Positions 28,637 to 37,978 of a stretch of 64,000 nt of DNA are shown in pieces. The stretch's first letter is position 1, and each line of letters begins with the position of its first letter. Origin of the DNA: Acidimicrobiia bacterium (GTDB lineage Bacteria; Actinomycetota; Acidimicrobiia; Spongiisociales; UBA11373). The notes beneath the pieces are model-generated. The model was not told the DNA's origin. It did no database searches and saw only the letters and a list, made by a program, of their open reading frames with translations. The stretch is from positions 1 through 64,000 of the forward strand of contig JBBDMM010000012.1 in NCBI GenBank assembly GCA_040878325.1, written 5' to 3'. A program made the translations under genes and the position numbers.

Positions 28637-30126
28637 GATTCGCGCTCCATGTCCCAGGTGAGAACCGGCTTGCGGGCTGCGAGCGCGTCGTCGGGTCGTG
28701 ACACCGGCGTCTGGTGCGGGGCATGGTGGAGGGATTCCGCATCGGTGACGGCGAGGCGGACGATCGCGAGCAACGCCTCGCCAATGGCCTCGACCGTCTC
28801 CGGGGACTCGGTCTCGGTCGGTTCGATCATCAACGCTTCCTCGACGATCAGGGGGAAGTAGACCGTCGGGGCATGGATCCCGTAGTCGAGGAGGGCCTTG
28901 GCGACGTCCATCGCCCGCACCCCGGTGCGTCTCTTGAGATCGGCCGCCGAGGCGACGAACTCATGCATGCAGGGTGCCGGATAGGGAATCTCGTACGGCC
29001 CGGACACGAGACTGGCGAGATACCGGGCATTGAGCACCGATCGCTCGGCGACCCGCCGCAGACCCGGCCCACCCAGTGCTCGCATGTAGGTCAGCGCCCG
29101 CAGCACGACGAGGAAGTTGCCGTGGTGGCCATGAACCCGTCCGATCGAGGCTGCCGGCATCTCCCATTCCAGCCGGTCGGCGCCTCGCCGGGGCAGCGGC
29201 CCGGGGAGGAACTGAACCAACCGATCGACCACGGCCACCGGCCCTGCCCCGGGCCCGCCTCCGCCGTGCGGAGTGGCGAACGTCTTGTGGAGATTGGAGT
29301 GGACGATGTCGAAGCCCATGTCCCCGGGTCGGGCCACCCCGAGAATGGCGTTGAGGTTGGCGCCGTCGTAGTAGACCAGCCCGTCGACTTCGTGGATGAG
29401 GCGGGCCATCTCGACGATGTCCTCCTCGAAGAGGCCCAAAGTGTTGGGGTTGGTGAGCATCAGGCCGGCGACGTCATCGGTCACCGCGGCTCGAAAGGCC
29501 TCCAGGTCGACCATGCCCCGCTCGTCACTGGGAAGGTGGGTCACCTGGTACCCGGCCAGGGTCACCGACGCCGGGTTGGTGCCGTGAGCCGAATCCGGGA
29601 TGAGGATGGCTCCTGGTCGCCGACCCTGGGCGCGGTGGTAGGCGCGCATGATCAGCAGGCCGGTCAACTCGCCGGCGGCGCCGGCCGGGGGCTGGAAGGT
29701 GGCCCGGGACATCCCGGTGAGCCGGCACAGGATCTCCTCGGCCTCGAGCAGCACCGCCAGGGCACCCTGTGCCGTGTGGGCCGGCTGCGACGGATGGAGG
29801 TTGCGAAAGGCGGGATGCTCCGCCGCCCAGTCGCACACCTTCGGGTTGTATTTCATGGTGCACGAGCCAAGCGGGTACGCCCCGAGATCCACCGCAAAGT
29901 TGCGGTGCGCCAGCCGCGTGAAATGCGCCACCAGGTCCCGCTCCGCCACCTCGGGCAGCGGCGGGGGCGCCGACGCCATTTCGGGGTGATCGATGATCGA
30001 GTCGGGCACATCGAGTGCCGGCAGCGACCACGCTCGCCGGCCCGGGGAGGACAGGTCCCGCAGGGTCGGCTCGGCGCCGCCGCCCATCAGCGGAATCGAC
30101 GTGGCCCGACCGCCGGCTTCAGCCAT
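28633..30126 (-). CDS. gcvPB: Glycine dehydrogenase subunit 2
   Basis: PLGSCTMKYNP, SAHGTNPAS, NLHKTFATPHGGGGPG. Confidence 0.96.
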   Translation of the reverse strand: MAEAGGRATSIPLMGGGAEPTLRDLSSPGRRAWSLPALDVPDSIIDHPEMASAPPPLPEVAERDLVAHFTRLAHRNFAVDLGAYPLGSCTMKYNPKVCDWAAEHPAFRNLHPSQPAHTAQGALAVLLEAEEILCRLTGMSRATFQPPAGAAGELTGLLIMRAYHRAQGRRPGAILIPDSAHGTNPASVTLAGYQVTHLPSDERGMVDLEAFRAAVTDDVAGLMLTNPNTLGLFEEDIVEMARLIHEVDGLVYYDGANLNAILGVARPGDMGFDIVHSNLHKTFATPHGGGGPGAGPVAVVDRLVQFLPGPLPRRGADRLEWEMPAASIGRVHGHHGNFLVVLRALTYMRALGGPGLRRVAERSVLNARYLASLVSGPYEIPYPAPCMHEFVASAADLKRRTGVRAMDVAKALLDYGIHAPTVYFPLIVEEALMIEPTETESPETVEAIGEALLAIVRLAVTDAESLHHAPHQTPVSRPDDALAARKPVLTWDMERES

Positions 30127-31453
30127 CGGCGATCACCTCCCCCAGTGCCTCGGCATACCCGTCGAGTTCGGCGCGGGTGCGCTTCTCGGTGACGGCGACC
30201 AGCAGCCCTCCCGGGAACTCGGGATAGTGGTCGGACAGGGGGATTCCGGCGAGGAAGCCCCGCTCCGCCATCGCGGCGATGGCGTCTTGCGGATCGATGG
30301 GCAGCAGCACAGGGAACTCTCGGCCGAAGGGAGCGTCGACCGCAAGGTGAATCCCGCGGATGTCGGCCAGACGGTCCGCCAGGTATCGCGCTTTCAGCAT
30401 CGACTGTCGGCCGACCTCGGCGAGCCCGTGCGGCCCGAGCCAGGCGAGGTGGATCGCGGCGGCGATCGCGTTGAGGGTTTGGTTCGTGCAGATGTTCGAC
30501 GACGCCTTCTCGCGGCGAATGTCCTGCTCGCGGGTCCGGAGCGTCAGTGTGTAGGCGTGCCGCCCCTCCTGGTCGACGGTGGCGCCGACCAGGCGCCCGG
30601 GGATGCGGCGGATCAGGTCCATCGTGGTGGCGAAGATGCCGACGACGGGACCCCCAAAGGACATCGGATTGCCGAGCGGTTGCCCCTCGGCAAAGGCGAT
30701 GTCACAGCCGGCCGCGCCCGGGGTTCGGAGCACACCGAGCAGCATGGGATCGACCTCGGCGATGGCGAGGGCACCGGTGGCCCCGGCGACCTTCACCGCC
30801 GCGTCGTAGTCCTCGATCACTCCGAGACTGTTTGGCTGCGAGAACACCACCGCCGCAGGCTCCGGAGCGGCATCCGACGCCCACGCGGTGCGGCCACCGA
30901 CCATCGGATGTTCCACGACTTCCAACTCTCGTGCCCGGGCGAACGTCGCGATCATCTCGCGGGTCTGCGGATGTACTCCTCGCGAAACCCACACACCCTT
31001 ACGCCCGGTGTGACCCACCGCCAGGTTCACCGCCTCGAGGCCCGCGGATGCGCCGTCGTAGAGGGATGCGTTGGCGGCGGGCAGGCCGGTGAGGTTGGCG
31101 ATCATCGACTGATACTCGAACAGCGCCTGGAGGACACCCTGGGCCACCTCGGGCTGATAGGGGGTGTAGGAGGTGACGAACTCAGGGCGCATGGTGAGCG
31201 CCCTGACCACCGGGGGGAGGTGATGGTCGTAGATTCCCCCGCCGGCGAAGCAGATCAGCCCCGGCGTGTTCATGGCACCGAGGGCGTCGACGTGGCGCAT
31301 CACCTCCAACTCGGAGAGAGGCTCGGGAAGCCCCAGGTCGCCGTCGACAAGGACATCACCCGGCAGGTGGGCGAACAGGTCGGAAGGTTGGTCGAACCCG
31401 AGCGCGGACAGCATCCGGGAGACATCGGCCTCGGTATGCGGCGTGAAGTCCAT
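30119..31453 (-). CDS. gcvPA: Glycine dehydrogenase subunit 1
   Basis: TSYTPYQPEVAQG, ANASLYDG, TREQDIRREKASSNICTNQ. Confidence 0.96.
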   Translation of the reverse strand: MDFTPHTEADVSRMLSALGFDQPSDLFAHLPGDVLVDGDLGLPEPLSELEVMRHVDALGAMNTPGLICFAGGGIYDHHLPPVVRALTMRPEFVTSYTPYQPEVAQGVLQALFEYQSMIANLTGLPAANASLYDGASAGLEAVNLAVGHTGRKGVWVSRGVHPQTREMIATFARARELEVVEHPMVGGRTAWASDAAPEPAAVVFSQPNSLGVIEDYDAAVKVAGATGALAIAEVDPMLLGVLRTPGAAGCDIAFAEGQPLGNPMSFGGPVVGIFATTMDLIRRIPGRLVGATVDQEGRHAYTLTLRTREQDIRREKASSNICTNQTLNAIAAAIHLAWLGPHGLAEVGRQSMLKARYLADRLADIRGIHLAVDAPFGREFPVLLPIDPQDAIAAMAERGFLAGIPLSDHYPEFPGGLLVAVTEKRTRAELDGYAEALGEVIADG

Positions 31454-32496
31454 CAGGTCACCAGGAACGGAGGATCGACCCTCGACGCCTCGACCCATTC
31501 GCCCCGGATCTCGACCTCGACCGGTGCATCTCCGTCACCCGGGTCGGGGCTGAGGAACCCCATCCCGATGCCGACCTCGAGGGTGGGGCTGAAGTTGCCG
31601 CTGCTGACCGTGCCTGCGGACCCACCCGACCGCAGGAGGTACCCATGGCGCGGCACCCGCCGATCGCCGAGGGCGAATCCCACCAGCCGCTTGGGCAGGC
31701 CCTCCTCTCGTTGGCGGAGGAGGGCGTCTCTCCCGATGAAGTCGTGGTCCCAACCGACGACCCACTCGAGGTCTGCCTCGAGTGGAGTGGTTTCCCGGTC
31801 CAGGTCCTGACCCCAGAGCGGGTACCCCATTTCGAGGCGCAGCGTGTCCCGAGCCCCCAGGCCGCACGGCTCGGCTCCGGCGGCGATGAGCCGTTCGAGC
31901 ACTCCGGTGGCTTCCGAGGCCGCGACGAGGATCTCGGCCCCCTTCTCTCCTGTGTATCCGGTGCCTGCAGCGATGATGGCCCCCGGCTGGATCACCCGGA
32001 AGCGCACGGGATGCGCGCCGATCGCCTGGTCGAGGACGCCGGCGCTGAGGGGGCCCTGCACGGCAAGCAGGGCGGTGCCCTCCCTGATGTCCTCCACGGT
32101 GGTGGCATTGTCGGTTTCGGCGACGAATCGGGCGATCACCTCGTCGGCGTTGCCGGCGTTGGGCAGCACGATGAAGTCGTCCGGAGCCAGCCACCACACG
32201 ATGATGTCGTCCACCACTCCCCCGGCCTTCTCGAGGAGCATCGTGTATTGGGCTCGCCCGGGCTCGACCCGGTCGATGTCGTTGCAGAGCAGCGCGGAGA
32301 CCAGGTCCCGCGCCCGAGGGCCTTGCAACCGGAATCGGCCGAGGTGGGACACATCGAACACCCCACAGCTGCTGCGCACCGCCCGATGCTCGGCGAGGGT
32401 TCCCTGGTACTGCAGCGGCATCAACCATCCGCCAAAGTCGGTGAAACGGGCTCCGAGGCGCTCGTGAGCCTGGTGCAGCGATGATCGGGCGGGCAC
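31453..32496 (-). CDS. gcvT: Glycine cleavage aminomethyltransferase
   Basis: FGGWLMPLQY, FDVSHLG, TGYTGE, GLGARDTLRLE. Confidence 0.96.
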   Translation of the reverse strand: MPARSSLHQAHERLGARFTDFGGWLMPLQYQGTLAEHRAVRSSCGVFDVSHLGRFRLQGPRARDLVSALLCNDIDRVEPGRAQYTMLLEKAGGVVDDIIVWWLAPDDFIVLPNAGNADEVIARFVAETDNATTVEDIREGTALLAVQGPLSAGVLDQAIGAHPVRFRVIQPGAIIAAGTGYTGEKGAEILVAASEATGVLERLIAAGAEPCGLGARDTLRLEMGYPLWGQDLDRETTPLEADLEWVVGWDHDFIGRDALLRQREEGLPKRLVGFALGDRRVPRHGYLLRSGGSAGTVSSGNFSPTLEVGIGMGFLSPDPGDGDAPVEVEIRGEWVEASRVDPPFLVT

Positions 32497-32538
32497 GAAA
32501 CGCAGGTTAGAGCCAAGAGTCAAGACTCTTGAATCTTC

Positions 32539-32970
32539 CTATCCCGCTTCGCTGGCTCCCAGTTTCACCACGTCGACAGGGCCGGGAATCCTGGTGGGGG
32601 CCGGAGCCTCCTCGAGGGCGTCTGGTGGCTCGAGGTCGTACTTGATGAGAAGGTGGAGGAAGTCACGCTGGTAGAAGATCTTGCAGTTGACATGCGGGTG
32701 GTTCTCGCGCAGAAGGCGAACCTTGCGGTTCTTCTTGGTGACGAGCTTCTGATTCATCGTCGTGATCTCGATGAAAAGGTCCTCGTCGGGCAGGTAGAAG
32801 TCGGGGGTGAACCATCCGACCGCATCACCCTGGACTTCGAACTCGATCGGGAAGGACTTCGGCTCGTATTCCCAGGCGATCCCGTAGAAGTCGAGGAGTC
32901 GGGCGAACTGTCGCTCGCTGTCGTGGGCGAACTCGACCAGGTCGGCCGGGGTCTGGAAGTCGACGGTCAG
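32539..32970 (-). CDS. PD-(D/E)XK nuclease-like protein; probable CTG start
   Basis: FAHDSERQFARLLDFYGI.WEYEP...FTPDFYLP...IEITT; GGAGG six nt before CTG. Confidence 0.7.
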   Translation of the reverse strand: MTVDFQTPADLVEFAHDSERQFARLLDFYGIAWEYEPKSFPIEFEVQGDAVGWFTPDFYLPDEDLFIEITTMNQKLVTKKNRKVRLLRENHPHVNCKIFYQRDFLHLLIKYDLEPPDALEEAPAPTRIPGPVDVVKLGASEAG

Positions 32971-32971
32971 G

Positions 32972-33445
32972 TCAGGCCTCCAGGCTGGCGGGTAGCGAGG
33001 CGGCTGGTTCGACTGTCTCCGGGAACAGCCTGAGGATGTCGCCTTCGAGCTCCTGCTGGACGGGGCCAACGGCGATGCCGAACACACCCTGGCCACGGCG
33101 GAAGACGTCGACCAGCTCGTCGGCGCTGTGGGCGGCGTAGATCGTGGTGCCGTCCGACAGCAGCGTGACCCCTTCCAGCGGAGTCTGGCTTTGGAGCTGG
33201 TCGCGCAGCAGGTCCATGGCCTGGCGGATCTTCTTGAGGCTCATCCCTGCATCGAGGAGTCGCTTCACCACCCGGAGCTGAACGATGTCTCCGAAGGCGT
33301 AGAGGCGCTGGGATCCCGATCCGCTGGCGGTCTGCAGAGAGGGCTTGAGTAGGTCGGTGCGGGCCCAATAGTCGAGTTGCCGATAGGTGATCCCGACGAT
33401 CTTGCAGACCTGCGGGGCGCGGTACCCCTGTTGTACGTCAACCAC
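32972..33445 (-). CDS. MerR family regulator (Rv1830/McdR-like)
   Basis: GITYRQLDYWART...GSGSQRLY...GQGVFGIA. Confidence 0.9.
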   Translation of the reverse strand: MVDVQQGYRAPQVCKIVGITYRQLDYWARTDLLKPSLQTASGSGSQRLYAFGDIVQLRVVKRLLDAGMSLKKIRQAMDLLRDQLQSQTPLEGVTLLSDGTTIYAAHSADELVDVFRRGQGVFGIAVGPVQQELEGDILRLFPETVEPAASLPASLEA

Positions 33446-33508
33446 GACGCCTCCTGACCTTCCCAGAGCTTACACCACCGTAATTCCCGATCGGGAACTA
33501 CCGGCATG

Positions 33509-33553
33509 AAGTTAGGAAGCGCGGGGGTGGTTGTCAACAACCCCTGTGGATAA
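33509..33553 (-). promoter_or_regulatory. SigA-type promoter with adjacent perfect DnaA box
   Basis: TTATCCACA (33545-33553) just upstream of TTGACA-N17-TAACTT; 14-bp palindrome TTCCCGATCGGGAA at 33484-33497 in the leader. Confidence 0.65.
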
Positions 33554-33558
33554 GGAGA

Positions 33559-33670
33559 GCCTCGCTGGGCTCGGCCGCCACGGCTACAGCCCCAGCCACA
33601 GCCAGACCGATCGAGGCTGTCCGAGTGTCCGGAGCAATTCTGGCTGGAGCCGGAGCCGGAGCCGGAGCCG
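33559..33670. repeat. Hexamer-repeat hairpin, same family as 7057-7146
   Basis: GGCTAC AGCCCC AGCCAC AGCCAG ... CTGGCT (GGAGCC)4. Confidence 0.7.
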
Positions 33671-33680
33671 TACTTCCGAA

Positions 33681-34166
33681 CTACCCGAAATCCTCCGGCG
33701 TGACGTCCTGGAGGAACGAGCGGAAGCGGGCGACCTCGTTCTCCTCGTCCTCGTCACGAATCTCCACGCCGGCCTCGTCCAAGACCGCCGGCAGAACCGA
33801 GATCGTGGCTCCGGTGCGAGCGGCGAGGGCGATCGAGTCCGAGGGTCGGGCGGACACGACGATCTCATCGCCGTCCCGGACCAGCACGAGGTCGGCGTAA
33901 TAGATGCCGTCGCGCAGTTCGGTGACCACCACCCGGTCGACCCTGGCACCGAGCGCCGCGGTGATCTCTGCGAGCAGATCGTGAGTCATCGGGCGCTGGG
34001 GCTCCACACCCTCGATCGCGAGGGCAATTGCCGTCGCCTCGTTGGTTCCGATCCAGATGGGGAGGAACCGGGTACCGCCAATCTCCCGCAGCAGGGCGAT
34101 CGGAGTGTTGGTCGGCAGCTCGATCCGCACTCCCACCAGTTCGACGGGGATGCTCTCGTTACTCAC
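33681..34166 (-). CDS. Bifunctional nuclease family protein (DUF151)
   Basis: LPIWIG..EA.AI, RPMTHDL, ARPSDSIALA. Confidence 0.92.
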   Translation of the reverse strand: MSNESIPVELVGVRIELPTNTPIALLREIGGTRFLPIWIGTNEATAIALAIEGVEPQRPMTHDLLAEITAALGARVDRVVVTELRDGIYYADLVLVRDGDEIVVSARPSDSIALAARTGATISVLPAVLDEAGVEIRDEDEENEVARFRSFLQDVTPEDFG

Positions 34167-34170
34167 CCGA

Positions 34171-34743
34171 TCAGACTATCACTGGCCCCTCGAAGACCGC
34201 GCGGGCCAGGACCCCCGGATCGTCTCGAAACTCGGCGAGATCCAGCACCGCCCATAGGGACGGCACATTGCGGTAGCGGCCGTCCCAGTCGAGCCCGTAT
34301 CCGAGCAGGAACTCGTCTCCCACCTCGAAGCCGCGATAGGCCAGGTCCACGTCCACGATGCGCCGGGTGGTCTTGTCGAGCAGTGTGGCGGTCGCCAGCG
34401 ATGCCGGGCCCCGCGTCTCGAGCAGCCCGAGCAGGTAGCTCAGGGTGAGGCCGGTGTCGACCACGTCCTCGACGATGATCACATCGCGTCCGGCGATCGA
34501 GGTCGCAGAATCCATGGCGATGCCCACCCTCCCCTCCTCGCCGAAGCGGGTGAGGCTCAGGAAGTCGATCTCGATCTCCGGAGGCAGATGGCGCGAGAGG
34601 TCGGCGAGGAAGGGAACTGCGCCGTTGAGTATGCCGAGCAACACCGGCTCCCGGCCCCGGTAGTCGGCGCCGATCTCCTTCCCCAGCTCGGCAACGCGAT
34701 CCATCAGCGCCTGCTGGGTCACCACCTCGGTGAGAACGGTCAC
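34171..34743 (-). CDS. hpt: Hypoxanthine phosphoribosyltransferase-like protein
   Basis: VIIVEDVVDTGLTL, LLDK, FLLGYGLD...YRNVP. Confidence 0.85.
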   Translation of the reverse strand: MTVLTEVVTQQALMDRVAELGKEIGADYRGREPVLLGILNGAVPFLADLSRHLPPEIEIDFLSLTRFGEEGRVGIAMDSATSIAGRDVIIVEDVVDTGLTLSYLLGLLETRGPASLATATLLDKTTRRIVDVDLAYRGFEVGDEFLLGYGLDWDGRYRNVPSLWAVLDLAEFRDDPGVLARAVFEGPVIV

Positions 34744-35777
34744 GCGCCACCTCCCAGGACCACCGGAAGCAAGAGCCTGAAGGCGTCGTCGAGGGAATCC
34801 GTCAAAGGGGTGCTGGTCGGTGCTCCCGGGTTTCCGCCGTCGAGCGGCCCGGCCGCGGCGACTCGAGGGAGGTACCACTCGGGGAAGTCGATGGTGAGAT
34901 CGGTGCCGGACGCCGCGGCGAAGAAGCGGTCACGAGGCCCCAGAGCAGTCTGTCCCCATGCGATCAACTCGCGGGTCATCTGCCGCCGATTGCGCGAGCC
35001 GAGAACCACGACGAGGTAGCCGTCGTCCTGGCCCTCGGTGTACGACAGGAAGGTCTGTCCGGCCGCAAGGGTGTCCCCGGTCTTCAGGCCATAGAGCCCG
35101 GGGAACACACCGAGGTCGCGGTTGGTGGCGGTCAGCTCCATTGGTCGCCCGCCGGGATCGAAAGAGATCGCCTTGATCCTCGAAAGCCGCAGTATCTCCG
35201 GATAGGCCAGCCCGGCGCGGCCGAGAAAGATGAGGTCGCGCGCGGTCGACAGGTGGCCGGCGGTGTCGAGGCCATGGGGGTTGACAAACACTGTCCGGGT
35301 CATTCCCAGGGCCTCTGCCCTGTCGTTCATCAGCGCGACGAAGGCGGGGAGGTTGCCGGAGACATGCTCGGCGAGGGCCACCGCCGCGTCGTTGCCGGAC
35401 TGCACCAGAATGTTCACCATCAGGTCGCGGACGGTCCACACCTCGCCCTGTCTGACGTCGGGTTGACCGACGTAGCCGATGGGGGTGGCGTCAGCGGCGG
35501 CGCTGATCACGACCGTGTTGGTGAGGGCCGCCCGTTCGGCCACCAGGATCGCCGTCATCAGTTTGGTGATCGAGGCCGGCGCCCGTTGGGTGTCCGGGTT
35601 GAAGGAGCCGAGCTCGGCATCCTCTCCCACCGACCACACCATCCACGAGGTTGCATCCACCGTGGGCGGCGCCTCGATCGGAAAGCAAACCATCGGAGGG
35701 GTCGGCACCTGAATGGGCCGCAGGCCGTTCGATGGGCCGAGCACCGTTGCGAGGGCGATCGCGGCAAGGAACGACAT
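34740..35777 (-). CDS. D-alanyl-D-alanine carboxypeptidase (peptidase S11)
   Basis: ASITK (SxxK), SGND (SxN), NPHGLD, GLKTG. Confidence 0.9.
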   Translation of the reverse strand: MSFLAAIALATVLGPSNGLRPIQVPTPPMVCFPIEAPPTVDATSWMVWSVGEDAELGSFNPDTQRAPASITKLMTAILVAERAALTNTVVISAAADATPIGYVGQPDVRQGEVWTVRDLMVNILVQSGNDAAVALAEHVSGNLPAFVALMNDRAEALGMTRTVFVNPHGLDTAGHLSTARDLIFLGRAGLAYPEILRLSRIKAISFDPGGRPMELTATNRDLGVFPGLYGLKTGDTLAAGQTFLSYTEGQDDGYLVVVLGSRNRRQMTRELIAWGQTALGPRDRFFAAASGTDLTIDFPEWYLPRVAAAGPLDGGNPGAPTSTPLTDSLDDAFRLLLPVVLGGGA

Positions 35778-36466
35778 CAGCGGCCCAGTGTCTCGCGCAG
35801 CTCCGACCTCACCAGGGCCTCCTGCATCTCGCGGGCCGCCTGGGCGACGTCGGCGAGGACCTCAGCCGCCTGGCGGCGGCTGGCGGGGCTGGCATGGCGC
35901 AGCAAAGGGCCTACCAGCTGCCGGAAGAGATCCACTTCCCGGTTGGCGGCGAGCCGGATGCCGCGCAAGTGCCGCGCCTCGAGCCCATGGGTGATCAGGC
36001 GATGGGCCGCCTGCACCACCGCCAGATCCTCGTCGGTGAACTCGGCCGAACCAACTGACGGGACCTCGAGTACCCCGTGCTCGATCAACTCGTCGACCAG
36101 TCCAATCGGCACCCCGGCCGACCGAGCCAGTTCGTCCCGGTCGAGCTTGATCTCGGACGCGGCGAAGTAGGTTTCCGGTGGCGGACCGGCGGGAGGTGCC
36201 ATCGTCGGCTCTTCGCCCCGCTCCCAGGCGCTGAGTTTCCCCTTGATCACCCTTAGGGGGAGGAAGTGGTCCCGTTGCTGGCGGAGGATGTAGCGGACTC
36301 GCTCGACGTCGACCTCGCGGTAGGAGCGATATCCCGACGCGGTTCGCGGAGGATGAATGAGACCTTCGCTCTCGAGGAAACGGAGCTTCGAGATCGTCAC
36401 CGAGGGGAACTCGCCTCGAAGGAGATCGGCGACGTCCCCGATGGTCAACTGCTTCTGTTTGGTCAT
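35777..36466 (-). CDS. MerR family regulator (Rv1828-like)
   Basis: TIGDV...EFP.VTISKLRFLE..GL..P.RT.SGYR; RHLR...AANRE. Confidence 0.9.
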   Translation of the reverse strand: MTKQKQLTIGDVADLLRGEFPSVTISKLRFLESEGLIHPPRTASGYRSYREVDVERVRYILRQQRDHFLPLRVIKGKLSAWERGEEPTMAPPAGPPPETYFAASEIKLDRDELARSAGVPIGLVDELIEHGVLEVPSVGSAEFTDEDLAVVQAAHRLITHGLEARHLRGIRLAANREVDLFRQLVGPLLRHASPASRRQAAEVLADVAQAAREMQEALVRSELRETLGR

Positions 36467-36876
36467 GCGCCGCGAGCCACCACCAGGTGGAAGCGACCGA
36501 TGATCACTTCGTCCCCCGGTTCGAGGGCGGCCCCCTCGGTACGCCGGGCATTCACGTATGTTCCGTTCGTCGATCCGCGGTCGCGCACCCACAGGTGGCC
36601 GCCTTCGACGACGAACTCGGCGTGCTGGCGCGACACGGTGACATCGTCGAGAAAGATCGGTGCCTGCGGATCGCGTCCCGCCGCGGTCATCCCCTCGGGG
36701 AGGCTCCAATGGAGGCCACGCTGGGGGCCTGAGGCCACGATCAACGCGTAACCGGCCAGGCCGGGAATTCCGGCAGCTGCCTCGCGGTCTCGGAGCGAGT
36801 GGATCTCGGCAAAAGGATCGATCTGCTCGGTGCGATCGCGGTCGTCCTCGGGGTGCGAAGAGGGGGTTTCGGGCAC
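36463..36876 (-). CDS. garA: FHA domain protein (GarA-like)
   Basis: GRDP..IFLDDVTVSRQHAEF, GSTNGTYVN; position between gcvH and MerR. Confidence 0.8.
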   Translation of the reverse strand: MPETPSSHPEDDRDRTEQIDPFAEIHSLRDREAAAGIPGLAGYALIVASGPQRGLHWSLPEGMTAAGRDPQAPIFLDDVTVSRQHAEFVVEGGHLWVRDRGSTNGTYVNARRTEGAALEPGDEVIIGRFHLVVARGA

Positions 36877-36948
36877 GGCGCAATGGTACTGCTGTACTCT
36901 CGATTACCGGTTGAGGGTGCGAGGAGTCGTCGAGGCGATCGCCCTCTT

Positions 36949-36976
36949 GCTGTCGGCTGTGGGCTGTCGGCTGTGG
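36949..36976. repeat. Heptamer tandem array
   Basis: GCTGTCG GCTGTGG GCTGTCG GCTGTGG. Confidence 0.65.
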
Positions 36977-36982
36977 GCTCTC

Positions 36983-37360
36983 TCAGGCGATCAGCGCCCG
37001 GTAGCCGTCATGGTCGAGGAGGCCCTCGAAGGCAGAGGCGTCGTCGGGCTGGAGCACGATGAACCATCCGCCGCCGTAGGGGTCCTGGTTGATGACCTCG
37101 GGCGACGACGTGAGGGCGCTGTTGACCCGCACGATGGTGCCGGCCATCGGGGCGTAGATCTCCGCCAGGGACTTGGTCGATTCGACCTCCGCGAACCGTT
37201 CCCCGGAGCCGATCCGGTTGCCGACCGCGGGCAGGTCGACGAACACCACGTCACCAAGCGCATCCTGGGCGTAGTCGGTGATACCGACCCGCACGTTCCC
37301 CCCTTCGAGCAGCGCCCATTCGTGCTGGTCCGTATAGCGACGGTCTTCGGGAACGTTCAC
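36983..37360 (-). CDS. gcvH: Glycine cleavage H protein
   Basis: HEW, GITDYAQDALGDVVFV, VESTK lipoyl Lys, INQDPYG.GW. Confidence 0.95.
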   Translation of the reverse strand: MNVPEDRRYTDQHEWALLEGGNVRVGITDYAQDALGDVVFVDLPAVGNRIGSGERFAEVESTKSLAEIYAPMAGTIVRVNSALTSSPEVINQDPYGGGWFIVLQPDDASAFEGLLDHDGYRALIA

Positions 37361-37429
37361 CCACTTCTCCTGGCTCGATTTCCGTGTCGCAGGATACCGA
37401 CCGGTACGCGGCCGCCGGGCCGCTCACCC

Positions 37430-37978
37430 CTATCGGCCCCTGGCCCGCAGAGCCCGTCGGACGTCGCCGGCGTACTGCACGGCAACCACGTAATAGAGCA
37501 CGAGCGAGGGGATCACCACGACCCATGCAAACCAGGCCCACGGGTCGGCGCCGGTGCCCGCGTACATGTAGAAGGCCGGTATCGCAAAGTAGAGGCCGAA
37601 AGTAGCCACCTTGCCGAGCCGGCGGACGTCGATGCGGCCGCGACCAGCGATGGCAACCAGCAACGCCCCGATGGCCACTACGGCCTCGCGTGCAATGAGC
37701 AGTGCGGCGATGAGCCATGGGAGTGCCCCCGAGATCCAACCGACGATCACCGCCGCGGCCACGGCCATTCGGTCGGCGAGCGGATCGAGCACCTTGCCCA
37801 CCGCAGATACCTGATCGAGGCGGCGAGCCAGGTACCCGTCGACCCAATCGGTGGCACCGATGAAGCCGAGCAGGAGCGCGGCGCCTGTGTATTCGTCTCT
37901 GCCAAGCACCAACCACACGAAAACGGGAACCAGAAGCACCCGAACGAAGCTCACTGCGTTGGGGAGCGTGAAGATCAC
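37430..37978 (-). CDS. CDP-alcohol phosphatidyltransferase (PgsA2-like)
   Basis: TLPNAVS..R, DWVDGYLARR....S.VGK.LDPLADR. Confidence 0.9.
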   Translation of the reverse strand: MIFTLPNAVSFVRVLLVPVFVWLVLGRDEYTGAALLLGFIGATDWVDGYLARRLDQVSAVGKVLDPLADRMAVAAAVIVGWISGALPWLIAALLIAREAVVAIGALLVAIAGRGRIDVRRLGKVATFGLYFAIPAFYMYAGTGADPWAWFAWVVVIPSLVLYYVVAVQYAGDVRRALRARGR

